Shown piece after piece: positions 9,070 to 20,844 of a stretch of 64,000 nt of DNA. Below the pieces are notes generated by a model. It searched no databases and had not been told where the DNA came from. It worked only from the letters and a program-made list of their open reading frames with translations. Source of the DNA: an uncultured Elusimicrobia bacterium (lineage in GTDB: Bacteria > Elusimicrobiota > Elusimicrobia > 2-01-FULL-59-12); assembly GCA_963702895.1 (NCBI GenBank), contig OY969767.1, positions 480,001 through 544,000 of the forward strand. Direction: 5' to 3'. The position numbers were made by a program, and so were the translations under genes. How positions within the stretch are numbered: position 1 is the first letter of the stretch; every line of letters begins with the position of its first letter.

Positions 9070-10149
9070 TCAATTGCTCGTGGGATAGTCTGTATAGCCC
9101 TTTTCCGAACCGCCGTAAAACGTCGAAGGATCGGGTTGGGCGAGCGGCTTGCCTTGCCGAAAGCGCTCGACTAAGTCAGGGTTGGAGATGAACGGCGCTC
9201 CGTAACAAGCCAATTGAGCAACACCCTTGGAGAGAAGGCTCTCGCCAAGGGCTTGGGTCAGTCCCCCATTGATGATGATGGCTCCTGGGAAGATCTTGCG
9301 TATCGATTCGGTCACGCGCGGCAGGGAGGGGTCGGCCGCCATGGGACCGCTATAGGCCTCTAACATATGCAGGTAGGCTAAGGGGAGTTGATTCAAGAGG
9401 GCAATGGCCTTGGTGAACGTATTCATGGGTTGGGAGTCGCTCATGCTGTTAAAGCTGCTATAGGGGGAGAGCCGAATGCCTACGCGGTGTTCCCCCAAAG
9501 CGGCGATTGCCGCTTGCGTCACGTCCACCAACAAACGGGCGCGGTTCTCGGCAGATCCCCCATAGGGACCGCTGCGCGTGTTGACGCCGTCCCGCAGGAA
9601 CTGGTCCAAGAGATATCCGTTGGCCGCGTGAAGCTCGACGCCGTCAAAGCCGGCGGCTTTGGCGTTACTCGCGGCTCGTCGGAACTGCTCTACAATGCCT
9701 GGAAGTTCTGTGTCCTTCAACGACCGTGGGGCTTCGTAGGGCTGCATCGAATAGTCAGCGGCCATCACCTGGCCTTGGGGAGGCAGGGCGCTGGAGGACA
9801 CCGGCTGTTCGTTAATTAACGTCCGGTGCGCGATGCGTCCTGTATGCACAAGTTGGGCGTAAATCTTGCCCCCAGCCGCATGCACCGCGTCCGTCACTTG
9901 TTTCCAAGCCAGGACCTGTTCCTGGTTCCAGAGCCCTGGAATATTGGGGTAGCCGCACCCCTGGAGCGAGACGGCTATGGCTTCTGAGATGAGGAGCCCG
10001 GCGCTTGAGCGCTGGCGGTAATAGTCCGCCATGATGGGTGTGGGGATATGACCGGCCGTTGCTCTTGAGCGGGTCATAGGCGCCATCACGACTCGGTTCG
10101 CCAAAGGGAGGCCATGAAGATCAAACTTTTCCAATAAGAACGAATTCAT
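9070..10149 (-). CDS. nemA: Old Yellow Enzyme family alkene reductase (NemA-like)
   Basis: NRVVMAPMTRSR, AGFDGVELHAANGYLLDQFL, YGGSAENRAR, GYTDYP. Confidence 0.9.
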   Translation of the reverse strand: MNSFLLEKFDLHGLPLANRVVMAPMTRSRATAGHIPTPIMADYYRQRSSAGLLISEAIAVSLQGCGYPNIPGLWNQEQVLAWKQVTDAVHAAGGKIYAQLVHTGRIAHRTLINEQPVSSSALPPQGQVMAADYSMQPYEAPRSLKDTELPGIVEQFRRAASNAKAAGFDGVELHAANGYLLDQFLRDGVNTRSGPYGGSAENRARLLVDVTQAAIAALGEHRVGIRLSPYSSFNSMSDSQPMNTFTKAIALLNQLPLAYLHMLEAYSGPMAADPSLPRVTESIRKIFPGAIIINGGLTQALGESLLSKGVAQLACYGAPFISNPDLVERFRQGKPLAQPDPSTFYGGSEKGYTDYPTSN

Positions 10150-10268
10150 AGGGATCGGGGTCCTTTCATGCGGAGAATAAGTCGCTGGTGCGCACAGGGG
10201 ATAGTACAAATTAGAAGAACAATAGTTCCCGTCCCCTTTCCCCACAAGGTACCTGCCGGAAAAAATAC

Positions 10269-10380
10269 TTGACCTGAGCGGCGCGGATCACGTATCCTAA
10301 TGCCGTCCCAACGAAGGGAAGAAGCATTTAGCGGCATAGAGGCCTCGGTCGAGCTGTCAGCAGACCGGGGTTTTTTATTT
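10269..10380 (+). promoter_or_regulatory. Sigma70-like promoter plus ANTAR-type dual-hairpin leader overlapping an intrinsic terminator
   Basis: TTGACC-N18-TATCCT; P1 TCCC-AACGAA-GGGA (10306-10319); P2 GGC-ATAGAG-GCC (10333-10344); terminator GCCTCGGTC/GACCGGGGT followed by a T-run. Confidence 0.7.
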
Positions 10381-10480
10381 TCAAGGGGCGCCGCTTGGAC
10401 GTACCCTCACCCAGCATCCCACGACGGCATGCCAGCCCATAGGCGAGTCTCGAAACGACATTAAAAGGAGGAGTAAATCT

Positions 10481-12004
10481 ATGAAATGGCACACCCGTAT
10501 GGAGAAGAGGTTGTTGTGGATGGTGGGAGGAATGCTCCTGGCGCTGGCGTCATCGGTCATCGCCACAGAGGCCCCGCCGGCCGTTGACTTAGCCGCACAA
10601 GTGTCAACCCTGACGGCGTCCTTGGGAGACCACAAGGTCATGATGGATACGATGTGGGTTTTGATCACCGCCATGCTCGTATTCTTTATGAATCTGGGTT
10701 TCGCCATGGTGGAGTCGGGTTTCTGCCGGGCGAAGAACGCTGTCAACATTCTCTCCAAGAACTTCATTGTCTTTGCCGCTTCTTCTTTGGCCTTTTGGAT
10801 TATCGGCTGGGGACTGATGTTTGGCAATGGGAACGGCTTCCTAGGATTGAATGGCCTTTGGTTCCTGGGTGGCGCGGACAACAGCCCCGCTTCCGGGGCT
10901 GCCTACCAAGGGGCTTATAACGCGATCAGTTGGGCTACGGTGCCTTTCCTGGCGAAGTTCTTCTTTCAGCTGGTCTTTGCGGGTACAGCCGCAACGATCG
11001 TATCAGGTGCTGTGGCGGAACGCATCAAATACAAAACCTTCATCCTCTTCACGCTGGTCTTGGTGGGCGTGATCTACCCGATCGTCGGCCACTGGATCTG
11101 GGGAGCCGGGTGGTTGGCCGCCAAGGGGATGTGGGACTTCGCGGGATCGACCGTCGTTCACTCGGTCGGCGGTTGGGCGGCTTTGGCGGGAGTGCTTGTC
11201 CTGGGACCTCGCTTTGGCAAGTATGGAAAGGACGGGTCGGTGAATGCCATTCCTGGCCATAACCTGACCTCCGGCGTCATCGGAGCTCTCATTCTTTGGT
11301 TGGGGTGGTTCGGGTTTAATCCCGGGTCCACGATGGCCGTCATACCCGGGGACATTGCCCGTATTTGTGTGACGACCAATACGGCAGCGGCCATGGCTCT
11401 GCTCACTTCGACCCTTGCTTCCACCTACCTCATCGGCAAGCCCGACCTGGGCATGTCGATCAACGGTTGTTTGGCGGGCCTGGTGGCCATCACGGCTCCC
11501 TGTGCTTATGTGAGCGTGACGAGTTCGGCCATCATTGGCGCGATCGCAGGCGTCACGGTCGTGATCGGCGTCCTCTTCTTTGACAAAATCAAAGTGGATG
11601 ATCCGGTAGGAGCGCTTGCGGTACACTTGGTCCATGGCGTGCTCGGGACGATCTTTGTCGGCTTGTTTGCCCAAGATCAGTTCATTCCGAACACGACGGG
11701 CAATGGTCTCTTCTTTGGAGGAGGAACCAAGCTGCTCATGGCACAGCTGACAGGCGTTGTGTCGGTCGGATTGTTCACGTTTATCCTGTCGTATATTGTA
11801 TGGCAGGTGATCGATAAAACGATGGGCATCCGGGTGACGGCCGAAGAAGAAATTGAGGGATTGGATATCGGGGAACATGGCAACAGCGCCTACCCGGAAT
11901 TCGTCACTCGCAAACCGGCGATGAGCCACTTCGTGGCTGTGCCGCAAACACAGCCCGTCGCACGGAGAATTGCGACACATGTGATGGAAGGGAGTCTGCG
12001 ATGA
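10481..12004 (+). CDS. amtB: Ammonium transporter
   Basis: FFQLVFAGTAATIVSGAVAER, DFAGSTVVH, GWFGFN, DDPVGALAVH, GLDIGEHG. Confidence 0.97.
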   Translation: MKWHTRMEKRLLWMVGGMLLALASSVIATEAPPAVDLAAQVSTLTASLGDHKVMMDTMWVLITAMLVFFMNLGFAMVESGFCRAKNAVNILSKNFIVFAASSLAFWIIGWGLMFGNGNGFLGLNGLWFLGGADNSPASGAAYQGAYNAISWATVPFLAKFFFQLVFAGTAATIVSGAVAERIKYKTFILFTLVLVGVIYPIVGHWIWGAGWLAAKGMWDFAGSTVVHSVGGWAALAGVLVLGPRFGKYGKDGSVNAIPGHNLTSGVIGALILWLGWFGFNPGSTMAVIPGDIARICVTTNTAAAMALLTSTLASTYLIGKPDLGMSINGCLAGLVAITAPCAYVSVTSSAIIGAIAGVTVVIGVLFFDKIKVDDPVGALAVHLVHGVLGTIFVGLFAQDQFIPNTTGNGLFFGGGTKLLMAQLTGVVSVGLFTFILSYIVWQVIDKTMGIRVTAEEEIEGLDIGEHGNSAYPEFVTRKPAMSHFVAVPQTQPVARRIATHVMEGSLR

Positions 12005-12342
12005 AAAGAATTGAAGCGATTCTAAGGCCAGAAAGTATTGGGCCGGTGCTGGACGCCTTAAAAAAGGCGGGATGCCCGGGTGTCATGGTGACCGAAATTG
12101 AAGGTCACGGCAAGCAAAAGGGGATCTCTCAAAACTGGCGCGGGCAGGAGTATAAAGTGGACCTGCTTCCCAAGATCAAGGTCGAAGTGATTGTGTCGGA
12201 TAAGGACCTTGCCTCTATTGTGAAAACGATCGCGGCAACCGCGCAGACCGGAAAGATCGGAGATGGCAAAATCTTCGTGACGGATGTCGCGGATGCCCTG
12301 CGTATTCGCACCGGTGAACGCGGAGAAGACGCCTTAAACTAG
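12001..12342 (+). CDS. glnK: PII nitrogen regulatory protein
   Basis: GHGKQKG...RGQEY...[24 protein letters not shown]; coupled to amtB. Confidence 0.93.
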   Translation: MKRIEAILRPESIGPVLDALKKAGCPGVMVTEIEGHGKQKGISQNWRGQEYKVDLLPKIKVEVIVSDKDLASIVKTIAATAQTGKIGDGKIFVTDVADALRIRTGERGEDALN

Positions 12343-12357
12343 GACGTTTGTAAGACC

Positions 12358-12400
12358 AACCTCCGGCAGCAGGCTTCGAGCCAGCTGCCGGAGGTTTTTA
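12358..12400 (+). terminator. Intrinsic terminator after glnK
   Basis: AACCTCCGGCAGC...GCTGCCGGAGGTT plus T-run. Confidence 0.8.
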
Positions 12401-12469
12401 TATATAATCGAGCGCTACAGGGACCGCCTGCCTCAGCGTCGAGTTCTAGCGAATCCCCTCATTAATCCC

Positions 12470-15400
12470 ATGACGAACCGTTGTCCGCACAAACAAGGGC
12501 TCTACGACCCGGCGTTTGAAAAAGACGCCTGCGGGACGGGTTTTGTCGTCGATATTCAGGGCCGGAAGTCCCACAAGATTGTACAGCAGGCGCTCCAGGC
12601 GCTCGATAACCTGCGCCACCGAGGCGCCTGCGGCTGCGAGGAAAACACGGGGGATGGCGCCGGGATCCTGATCCAGGTCCCGCACGCCTTCCTTCATAAG
12701 CAAGCGAAAGCCTCCGGTTTTGCGCTGCCCTCCACCGGCGAGTATGGGGTGGGCATGGCCTTTCTTCCCAAGGGCGCCGAAGACCAAAAAGAGTGCCAAA
12801 AGCGCGTGGAAGCGATTGTGGCGGAAGAAGGGCAGAAGTTCCTCGGCTGGAGAGCCGTCCCCACCAACAACGCGATGATCGGCGCCACGGCCAAAGCGGC
12901 GGAACCCTCGTTTAAACAGTTTTTTATCGGCCGTTCCTCCAAGCTGAAGGAGGACATGGCCTTTGAGCGCAAGCTCTACGTCATTCGAAAGCGCGTCGAA
13001 GCCGCCATCCGCTACTCGGGCTGGCAAGGCGGCTACTCGTTCTACATCGCCAGCCTCTCCCATCGGACGCTCGTTTACAAAGGGATGCTCATCTCCAATC
13101 AGGTGCCGGAATACTTCCCGGACTTGCAGGACCCCGCCATGGACTCGGCACTTGCTCTTGTCCATTCCCGGTTTTCCACGAACACCTTTCCCAGTTGGGA
13201 CCGCGCTCATCCCTACCGCTACATCGCCCATAACGGTGAAATTAATACGCTCCGCGGCAACGTCAACTGGATGTTCACGCGGCAAGCCTTGTGCCAATCC
13301 GATCTTTTTGGCGACGATCTCAAAAAAATCATTCCCGTGATTCGCATGGATGGTTCCGACTCGGCCATTTTCGACAATGTCCTCGAGTTCTTGGCCCTGG
13401 GTGGGCGCTCGCTGGCTCACGCCATGATGATGATGATCCCGGAGCCCTGGCAGCACCACGAAAACATGTCGGATGAGAAAAAAGCCTTTTACGAATACCA
13501 CTCCTGCCTGATGGAACCCTGGGACGGCCCGGCTTCGATCGCGTTTACGGACGGCCTGCAGGTGGGCGCGGTCCTTGACCGCAATGGCCTCAGACCCTCC
13601 CGGTACTATGTGACCCAAGATGATCTGGTCGTGATGGCCTCTGAAGTCGGTGTGCTGGATATCCCGCCTGAGAAAATCCTCCACAAAGGGCGGCTCCAGC
13701 CAGGCCGCATGTTCCTGATCGATACGGTCGAGAAGCGCATCATCGCCGATGAAGAGATCAAGCGCAAGATCTGCACCGAGAAACCCTATCGCCTGTGGCT
13801 CAAGGAAAATCTCGTGAAGCTCGAAGACCTCCCCGAGCCTCCGGAAATTCCCGAACCCGATCACCCGACGATGCTTCTGCGTCAGCAGGCTTTTGGGTAT
13901 ACCTTCGAGGACTTGCGGGTGGTCATGGCGCCGATGGCCGAGAGCGCCGTGGAAGCAGTTGGTTCCATGGGCGACGATACGCCGCTGGCTGTTCTTTCCG
14001 ATAAGCCGAAGCTCATCTACGATTACTTCAAGCAGCTCTTTGCCCAGGTGACCAATCCCCCGATCGACGGTATTCGCGAGGAGATTGTGACAGGTTCTGA
14101 AACTGGCATTGGCCCCGAAGGGAACCTCTTAGACCCCCGGCCCGAGAGCGCGAGGCAAATCGAGCTCAAATCCCCGATTCTCACGGATGAGGAGTTCTAC
14201 AAACTCGTCCACGTCAACCACCCTTGGTTCCGCTCACGGGTCTTCCCCATGGTGTATCCCGTGCGCTCTGGCGGCAAGGGCCTGGCAGAGGCCCTCGACA
14301 AACTCTTCGCGGATGTCGACCGCGCGATCGAGGACCACATCAATATTGTGATTCTCTCCGACCGCACGATGGACCGCGAGAACGCCGCGGTTCCGGCGCT
14401 CCTCGCGTGCGCGGGCCTTCATCACCACTTGATCCGCCGCGGGACGCGCACGCGGGTCGGGATCATCTTGGAATCGGGTGAGCCGCGTGAGGTGCATCAC
14501 TTTGCGCTCCTCGTCAGCTACGGCATCAGCGCGATCAACCCGTATCTGGCCCTCGAGTCTCTCGATGACATGAGACGCCAGGGCATGCTCTCCAGCGACA
14601 TCGACCATAAGAAGGCCGTCAAGAATTACGCCAAGGCGGCCGCCAAAGGGGTCCTGAAGGTCATTTCCAAGATGGGGATCTCCACCATCCAGAGCTACTC
14701 CGGCGCTCAGATCTTTGAAGCGATCGGCCTTGATCAAAGCGTGATCGATAAGTATTTCTGCTGGACCCCATCGCGTATTGGAGGTGCGGATCTCGAAGCG
14801 CTTGCCAGGGAAGTGGAAATGCGTCACCGGCACGCCTTCCCCGATTATGGCGTCGCGGGCACGAAGACCTTGGAACCTGGTGGTAAATATCAGTGGCGAA
14901 AAGAGGGCGAGCATCACCTTTTTAATCCCGAATCCATCCACTACTTGCAGACCGCCTGCCGCACCAACAATTACGAGCTTTATCAGAAGTATGCCTCCCT
15001 GATTAACGGTCAGGCGACGCGCCTGGCCACCCTGCGCGGCCTGATGGACTTCCAGAATGGCAGCCCCATCCCCATTGACCAGGTGGAGCCGGTGGAGGCC
15101 ATCGTGAAGCGTTTTAAAACGGGGGCGATGTCGTATGGCTCCATCAGCCAAGAAGCCCATGAGACGCTCGCGATCGCGATGAACCGCCTTGGAGGAAAAT
15201 CCAATACAGGCGAAGGCGGCGAGGACCCCGAGCGTTATAAACCTCTGCCGAACGGCGATTCCAAAAAGAGCGCCATCAAACAAGTGGCCTCCGGGCGCTT
15301 TGGCGTGACGAGCCAATATCTCGTGAATGCCGTCGAGCTCCAGATCAAGATGGCGCAAGGGGCCAAGCCCGGCGAGGGCGGCCAGCTCCCGGGGAGAAAA

Positions 15401-17068
15401 GTCTATCCTTGGATCGCCAAAGTCCGGCACTCCACTCCTGGCGTCGGGCTCATTTCACCGCCCCCTCACCATGACATTTACTCCATCGAAGACCTGGCGG
15501 AGCTCATTCACGATTTGAAGAACGCCAATCCCCAGGCGCGCATCAACGTCAAGTTGGTGTCGGAAGTGGGTGTAGGAACCGTCGCGGCGGGCGTGGCCAA
15601 GGGCCACGCGGATGTGGTCCTCATCTCGGGCCACGACGGAGGAACGGGCGCCTCGCCCCAAACGTCCATCAAGTACGCGGGCCTGCCCTGGGAGCTGGGG
15701 CTTGCCGAAACCCATCAGACGCTTGTCTTAAACAAGCTGCGAGACCGGATTGTGGTGGAAACCGACGGTCAGCTCAAGACGGGCCGCGATGTGGTCGTGG
15801 CGGCCCTCTTGGGTGCGGAAGAATACGGATTTGCTACGGGTCCGCTCGTCGTCATGGGATGCGTCATGATGCGCGTGTGTCACTTGGACACTTGCCCGGT
15901 CGGCGTCGCCACCCAAAACCCTGAACTTCGCAAGCTCTTCACGGGGGATCCTGATCATGTCGTGAACTTTATGCGCTTTATCGCCCGGGACATGCGCGAG
16001 ATCATGGCGCAGCTGGGTTTTCGCACGATCAACGAGATGGTGGGGCGCGTGGATAAGCTCAAAATGAGAGACGCCATCGATCACTGGAAAGCCAAGGGCC
16101 TTGATTTCTCCAAGATCCTCTACCAGGTTCCCATGGGTCCGGAAGTGGGCCGCTACCAGCAGGTGGCCCAGAACCATGGCCTGGATCAGGCGCTCGACAG
16201 GACAAAGCTTTTGGACCTCTGTAAACCCGCCCTTGAGAGGGGGGAGAAGGTGAAGGCGACCCTCCCGATTAAAAACGTGAACCGCGTGGTCGGCACCATG
16301 GTGGGCAGTGACATTACCCGTCGTTACGGTCCCCAGGGCTTGAAAGAAGACACCATTCACCTCCTCTTTCAGGGTTCCGCTGGTCAAAGTTTTGGCGCCT
16401 TTATCCCTCCGGGGATGACGCTGGAGGTGGAAGGCGACACCAACGACTATTTCGGCAAGGGCTTGTCCGGCGGGAAGCTCATCGTTTATCCTCCCAAGGG
16501 CTCTTCCTTTGTTCCCGAAGAAAACATCATTATTGGCAACGTCGCTTTCTACGGCGCGACAGCGGGGGAGGCTTATATCCGAGGCGTTGCGGGCGAGCGC
16601 TTCTGCGTGCGCAACTCCGGTGTGCGGGCCGTGGTCGAAGCGGTGGGCGACCATGGTTGTGAATACATGACGGGCGGGCGCGTGGTGATCCTGGGCCCCA
16701 CCGGCCGAAACTTTGCGGCGGGCATGTCCGGAGGTATCGCGTATATTCTCGACACGCAGGGGACCTTCCCGGTCCGGTGCAACAAACAAATGGTGATTTT
16801 GGAAGCGCTCAGCGATACGAACGAAATCGCCGAAGTCAAAGCGATGATCGAGCGTCATGCGACCTACACGAAGAGCGCCGTGGCCGAACGGGTCCTTGCT
16901 TCCTGGAGCGCCATGGTGCCGAAATTCGTCAAGGTGATTCCCAAGGACTATCAGCGCGTGCTGGAAGCCGAAAAACGCGTTCGTTCCCAGGGACTCTCCG
17001 GAGAAGAAGCCATCATGGCTGCTTTTCAGGAAAATGTAAAAGATGTGGCAAGGGTGGGCGGCAACTAA
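12470..17068 (+). CDS. gltB: Glutamate synthase large subunit
   Basis: [58 protein letters not shown]. Confidence 0.98.
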   Translation: MTNRCPHKQGLYDPAFEKDACGTGFVVDIQGRKSHKIVQQALQALDNLRHRGACGCEENTGDGAGILIQVPHAFLHKQAKASGFALPSTGEYGVGMAFLPKGAEDQKECQKRVEAIVAEEGQKFLGWRAVPTNNAMIGATAKAAEPSFKQFFIGRSSKLKEDMAFERKLYVIRKRVEAAIRYSGWQGGYSFYIASLSHRTLVYKGMLISNQVPEYFPDLQDPAMDSALALVHSRFSTNTFPSWDRAHPYRYIAHNGEINTLRGNVNWMFTRQALCQSDLFGDDLKKIIPVIRMDGSDSAIFDNVLEFLALGGRSLAHAMMMMIPEPWQHHENMSDEKKAFYEYHSCLMEPWDGPASIAFTDGLQVGAVLDRNGLRPSRYYVTQDDLVVMASEVGVLDIPPEKILHKGRLQPGRMFLIDTVEKRIIADEEIKRKICTEKPYRLWLKENLVKLEDLPEPPEIPEPDHPTMLLRQQAFGYTFEDLRVVMAPMAESAVEAVGSMGDDTPLAVLSDKPKLIYDYFKQLFAQVTNPPIDGIREEIVTGSETGIGPEGNLLDPRPESARQIELKSPILTDEEFYKLVHVNHPWFRSRVFPMVYPVRSGGKGLAEALDKLFADVDRAIEDHINIVILSDRTMDRENAAVPALLACAGLHHHLIRRGTRTRVGIILESGEPREVHHFALLVSYGISAINPYLALESLDDMRRQGMLSSDIDHKKAVKNYAKAAAKGVLKVISKMGISTIQSYSGAQIFEAIGLDQSVIDKYFCWTPSRIGGADLEALAREVEMRHRHAFPDYGVAGTKTLEPGGKYQWRKEGEHHLFNPESIHYLQTACRTNNYELYQKYASLINGQATRLATLRGLMDFQNGSPIPIDQVEPVEAIVKRFKTGAMSYGSISQEAHETLAIAMNRLGGKSNTGEGGEDPERYKPLPNGDSKKSAIKQVASGRFGVTSQYLVNAVELQIKMAQGAKPGEGGQLPGRKVYPWIAKVRHSTPGVGLISPPPHHDIYSIEDLAELIHDLKNANPQARINVKLVSEVGVGTVAAGVAKGHADVVLISGHDGGTGASPQTSIKYAGLPWELGLAETHQTLVLNKLRDRIVVETDGQLKTGRDVVVAALLGAEEYGFATGPLVVMGCVMMRVCHLDTCPVGVATQNPELRKLFTGDPDHVVNFMRFIARDMREIMAQLGFRTINEMVGRVDKLKMRDAIDHWKAKGLDFSKILYQVPMGPEVGRYQQVAQNHGLDQALDRTKLLDLCKPALERGEKVKATLPIKNVNRVVGTMVGSDITRRYGPQGLKEDTIHLLFQGSAGQSFGAFIPPGMTLEVEGDTNDYFGKGLSGGKLIVYPPKGSSFVPEENIIIGNVAFYGATAGEAYIRGVAGERFCVRNSGVRAVVEAVGDHGCEYMTGGRVVILGPTGRNFAAGMSGGIAYILDTQGTFPVRCNKQMVILEALSDTNEIAEVKAMIERHATYTKSAVAERVLASWSAMVPKFVKVIPKDYQRVLEAEKRVRSQGLSGEEAIMAAFQENVKDVARVGGN

Positions 17069-17069
17069 T

Positions 17070-17100
17070 GTCCCGTGTCTCGCGTCCTGCGTCCCGAGTC
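17070..17100. repeat. Heptamer array (GTCYYGN), left arm
   Basis: GTCCCGT GTCTCGC GTCCTGC GTCCCGA; reverse complement of the units at 17509-17641. Confidence 0.8.
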
Positions 17101-17112
17101 AAGTGAAAGAGA

Positions 17113-17655
17113 ATGGCCAAGTTCGAAAAATTTGAAGATATTGAAGCATGGCAGATTTGCCGTGCCCTTATGAAATCGATCTATGAGGTCACGTCTCGTA
17201 ACGAGTTTGCTCGAGATTTTCCGCTTCGAGATCAGATCCGGAAGGCGGCCATATCAGCGCTGTCAAATATTGCGGAAGGTTTTGAGCGAGGTGGAGACAA
17301 AGAGTTCCGGCAATTTCTCTCCGTAGCAAAAGGCTCCATCGGTGAAATGAAGGCGCAGCTTTATGCCGCTTTTGACGCAGGATATTTAAAGGACGAGAAA
17401 TTCCAAGATCTTATGGAAATGGCGGATCATGCTGCGCGCAAGATCGGAAGTCTCATGCAATATCTGGCCAGTTCTGAATATAAAGGTGTCAAATTCCGAG
17501 ATTCCGATGCGGGACTCGAGACGCGGGACGCGGGACTCAAGACACAGGACGCGGGACTCGAGACGCGGGACGCGGGGCTCAAGACACAGGACGCGGGACT
17601 CAAGACACAGGACGCGGGACTCGAGACGCGGGACGCGGGACTTCATCATGGGTAA
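17113..17655 (+). CDS. Four-helix bundle protein (23S rRNA IVP / TIGR02436-like) with repeat-encoded tail
   Basis: FEDIEAWQ...[22 protein letters not shown]...[15 protein letters not shown]. Confidence 0.9.
   Translation: MAKFEKFEDIEAWQICRALMKSIYEVTSRNEFARDFPLRDQIRKAAISALSNIAEGFERGGDKEFRQFLSVAKGSIGEMKAQLYAAFDAGYLKDEKFQDLMEMADHAARKIGSLMQYLASSEYKGVKFRDSDAGLETRDAGLKTQDAGLETRDAGLKTQDAGLKTQDAGLETRDAGLHHG
17509..17641. repeat. Tandem heptamer array, 19 units (GCGGGAC/TCGAGAC/TCAAGAC/ACAGGAC), right arm
   Basis: Seen directly; translated as ([14 protein letters not shown])n. Confidence 0.9.
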
Positions 17656-19132
17656 ACCTACTGGGTTTTTAGAATTTCAGCGGGAACTTCCAACCGATCG
17701 CCCTCCCGAAGAGAGGACACGCGATTGGAAGGAATTCCATCATCCTATGTCCGAGGAGAAGCTTCGGACCCAGGGTTCGCGCTGCATGGATTGCGGCGTG
17801 CCGTTCTGCCACACGGGCACCTTGATCGCCGGCATGGCCTCGGGATGCCCGATCAACAACCTCATCCCGGAGTGGAACGATCTGATTTACAAGAATCTCT
17901 GGCAGGAAGCCTTGGAGCGCCTTCATAAAACGAACAATTTCCCGGAATTCACCGGCCGCGTCTGCCCGGCCCCTTGCGAGGCCGCCTGCGTGCTCGGGAT
18001 CAATAGTCCACCCGTTACGATCAAAAATATTGAATACTCCATTATTGAAAAAGGATTCGCTTCGGGATGGGTGACACCCGAGCCTCCCGCCAAGCGTACC
18101 GGCAAGAAGGTTGCGGTGGTGGGATCGGGCCCCGCGGGCCTTTCCTGCGCGGCACAGCTCAACAAGGCGGGACATCGGGTGACGGTCTACGAGCGCGCCG
18201 ACCGCATCGGGGGACTTCTCATGTATGGCATCCCCAACATGAAGCTCGATAAAGAGTCTGTCCAGCGCCGTGTGCGTCTCATGGAACAGGAAGGCATTAC
18301 CTTTGTGGTGAACACCGAAGTCGGGAAGAACCTTCCCGCGGAGAAGCTTCTCACCGAGTTTGACGCGGTGGTCCTGTGTACCGGCGCGACCAAGCCCCGG
18401 GATCTCTCCGTGCCGGGACGGGATCTCAAAGGCATTTACTTCGCGATGGAATACTTGCGCGCCAATACGCAAAGTCTCTTAGACTCAGGCCACAAGGACA
18501 GAAAGTTTATTTCGGCCAAAGACAAGGATGTCATTGTGATTGGCGGTGGCGACACAGGCACCGATTGCGTTGGAACTTCGCTTCGGCATGGGTGTCGGAG
18601 TCTCGTCCAGTTTGAGATTCTGCCGAAGCCGCCGCTCGCGCGCGCGGCCGACAACCCCTGGCCGCAGTGGCCCAAAATCTATAGCATCGATTATGGGCAA
18701 CAGGAAGCGGCGGCCCGCTACGGCCAAGATCCTCGCGTTTACTCGATTTCAACCAAGCGGTTCGAAGGAGACGCTCAAGGGAATCTGAAAGCGATCCATA
18801 CCGTCGGAGTGGAGTGGGTGAAGGGTCCCACAGGTCAATTCCAAATCAAAGAGGTGCCTGGATCTGAGAAAGTCTGGCCGGCACAGCTCGTGCTCCTAGC
18901 AATGGGTTTCCTCGGTCCAGAGGATCCGTTGCTCAAGGCGCTCAAGATCGAGCAGGACCCCCGGTCCAACATCAAAGCGGACTACGGCAGGTATTCGACA
19001 AGCGTACCACGCGTTTTCGCCGCGGGGGACGCGCGCCGCGGGCAGTCGCTCGTGGTCTGGGCCATCAACGAAGGCCGGGGCGCGGCGCGCGAATGCGACC
19101 GCACCCTGATGGGCCATACCGAGCTTCCCTGA
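17648..19132 (+). CDS. gltD: Glutamate synthase small subunit
   Basis: [41 protein letters not shown]; true start ATG 17648. Confidence 0.97.
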   Translation: MGKPTGFLEFQRELPTDRPPEERTRDWKEFHHPMSEEKLRTQGSRCMDCGVPFCHTGTLIAGMASGCPINNLIPEWNDLIYKNLWQEALERLHKTNNFPEFTGRVCPAPCEAACVLGINSPPVTIKNIEYSIIEKGFASGWVTPEPPAKRTGKKVAVVGSGPAGLSCAAQLNKAGHRVTVYERADRIGGLLMYGIPNMKLDKESVQRRVRLMEQEGITFVVNTEVGKNLPAEKLLTEFDAVVLCTGATKPRDLSVPGRDLKGIYFAMEYLRANTQSLLDSGHKDRKFISAKDKDVIVIGGGDTGTDCVGTSLRHGCRSLVQFEILPKPPLARAADNPWPQWPKIYSIDYGQQEAAARYGQDPRVYSISTKRFEGDAQGNLKAIHTVGVEWVKGPTGQFQIKEVPGSEKVWPAQLVLLAMGFLGPEDPLLKALKIEQDPRSNIKADYGRYSTSVPRVFAAGDARRGQSLVVWAINEGRGAARECDRTLMGHTELP

Positions 19133-19140
19133 TACCTCGC

Positions 19141-19989
19141 ATGCCACGGCCGAAACCTCAGCCTACGCCGCCACCTTCCAGACAAGACCCCGATGTCATC
19201 TCCAGCCGCCAGAATCCCCTGATCAAGGAAATCATCAACATACGGGACGATCGGGATTCACCGCTCTTGTTTCTGGAAGGGCCCCGGCTGATCCATGAGG
19301 CGGTGAACGCCAACTGCAAGTTGGAGATCCTTGTGGTGAGCGAAGAATTTCCCCAGATTTCGTTCCTGGAGCCGATTCTCGCCAAGACCACGCGGGTCGT
19401 CAAAGTTTCGGAAGCGATGTTTCGCGCCATCTCGGATGTCGAAAATCCCCAAGGTCTCCTCGCCATCGGTCGCGAGCCGCTGTGGTCGTGGGAGGAGATC
19501 TTCGCCCGCAAGCCAGCCCCGGTCCTGATTCTGGACGCTCTTCAGGACCCCGGCAACGCCGCCTCCATCATCCGCACGGCGGACGCCGCGGGCGCCGCGG
19601 GTATCGTGACGACCCCGAAAACCGTGCATCTCTATTGCCCCAAGGCCCTGCGCGGCGCGATGGGGTCCTCGTTGCGCGTGCCGATCCTGGAGCATGTGCC
19701 GGTTGAGAAAATTGTGTCGATGCTGCGCAAGGCCGGTTATCAGATCGTGACGACGCCGCTGGAGACGAGCCAAAAGGTTCTTCGTTATGATCGACTCGAT
19801 TGGACCCAGCCTTGGGCCATGGTTGTGGGTCAGGAAGCCAAAGGGATCTCTTCCGCCTGGGACAAGGTGTCGGACGCATGCCTTCAGATCCCCATGAAGG
19901 GGCCGGTGCAGTCGCTCAATGTCGCGGCGGCGGCCGCTGTTTTGCTCTACGAAGCGTTTCGCGCACAGAACAAGGAGGATCAAGGATGA
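19141..19989 (+). CDS. TrmH/SpoU family RNA methyltransferase
   Basis: [45 protein letters not shown]. Confidence 0.92.
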   Translation: MPRPKPQPTPPPSRQDPDVISSRQNPLIKEIINIRDDRDSPLLFLEGPRLIHEAVNANCKLEILVVSEEFPQISFLEPILAKTTRVVKVSEAMFRAISDVENPQGLLAIGREPLWSWEEIFARKPAPVLILDALQDPGNAASIIRTADAAGAAGIVTTPKTVHLYCPKALRGAMGSSLRVPILEHVPVEKIVSMLRKAGYQIVTTPLETSQKVLRYDRLDWTQPWAMVVGQEAKGISSAWDKVSDACLQIPMKGPVQSLNVAAAAAVLLYEAFRAQNKEDQG

Positions 19990-20690
19990 AAACACAGCTT
20001 GTCATGCTCGCGTGGGTCGTGCTTGGGGTTTCCGCTTTTGGGTTTGCTGACAGTGACAAGAAAGAGCGTACCCTGACGGTCCAGGGACAGGGGAAAGTCT
20101 TCACGGTACCGGATGTCGCCAGGATTTCCGTCGAAGTCAGCCGGGACGGCGTGGAGCTGGACCCCGTGTTGGTGCAGGTCCGAAAAGATATGGCGCGGGT
20201 GCTGGAAGCGATCCAAGGCCAAGGACTGCCTGAAAAGGACATCCAGACAGAGCTCTTTCAGGTTCACCCCAAAGTCGAACGTGACAAGAACGGCAATCAG
20301 CGCCGTGTTGGCTTTGTCGTCACGAACCGCGCCTCCGTCAAGGTCCGTGACATCAAGAAAACCGGGAAGGTCCTTTCCGTCGCTTTATCGGCCGGCGCGA
20401 CTTCCGTGAACGGCCCGGACTTTGAGCTCGACAATCCCTCGGCTGCCGAACGGGAGGCGCTCGCCGCCGCGACGAAGGACGCCAAAGCCAAAGCCCAGAC
20501 GGTCGCGGAGGCGGCTGGCGTTCAGCTGGGAGAAATTTTGTCCATCAATCCTCAGCAGGTCAGCTGGCCTTCGCCGAGGCGCTTTGCCGCGCGCGCTATG
20601 ATGATGGACTCGGCGATGGCGGAGGAGCCCATCGCCGCGGGCGAACAGACGCTCGTGGCTTATACCTCCATCACGTTTGTAATTAAATAA
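19986..20690 (+). CDS. SIMPL domain (DUF541) periplasmic protein
   Basis: Signal peptide; TLTVQGQG...PDVA...DAKAKAQTVAEAAGVQLG. Confidence 0.88.
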   Translation: MKTQLVMLAWVVLGVSAFGFADSDKKERTLTVQGQGKVFTVPDVARISVEVSRDGVELDPVLVQVRKDMARVLEAIQGQGLPEKDIQTELFQVHPKVERDKNGNQRRVGFVVTNRASVKVRDIKKTGKVLSVALSAGATSVNGPDFELDNPSAAEREALAAATKDAKAKAQTVAEAAGVQLGEILSINPQQVSWPSPRRFAARAMMMDSAMAEEPIAAGEQTLVAYTSITFVIK

Positions 20691-20705
20691 GGCACTTTCA
20701 GTGCT

Positions 20706-20824
20706 GTCATCCCCCCCGGCTGTAAGGGGGGGACGCCACACAACAGGCGTCCGACCGTAGTGTGTCGGATCCATCATTCCACTTACGACTGTGATAGACC
20801 CCGGCTGACGACCGCCGGGGTGAC
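20706..20824. repeat. CGTC/GTCA-type REP doublet carrying a nested 36-bp hairpin (20734-20769)
   Basis: GTCATCCCC...GGATCC...GACCCCGG...CCGGGGTGAC. Confidence 0.85.
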
Positions 20825-20844
20825 GGCCTAACTGAACTTTCCCG

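Noticed and set aside
12446..16858. Long antisense ORFs (472, 398, 376 aa) and similar shadows elsewhere
   Set aside because: They lie opposite well-supported genes such as gltB, as expected from GC-rich codon bias.
17429..17647. N-terminal extension of GltD
   Set aside because: Read-through of the heptamer array; the conserved start is MGKPTGF at 17648.
17113..17655. Diversity-generating retroelement (Avd-like gene)
   Set aside because: No reverse transcriptase and no TR/VR pair with adenine-specific mismatches in the window.
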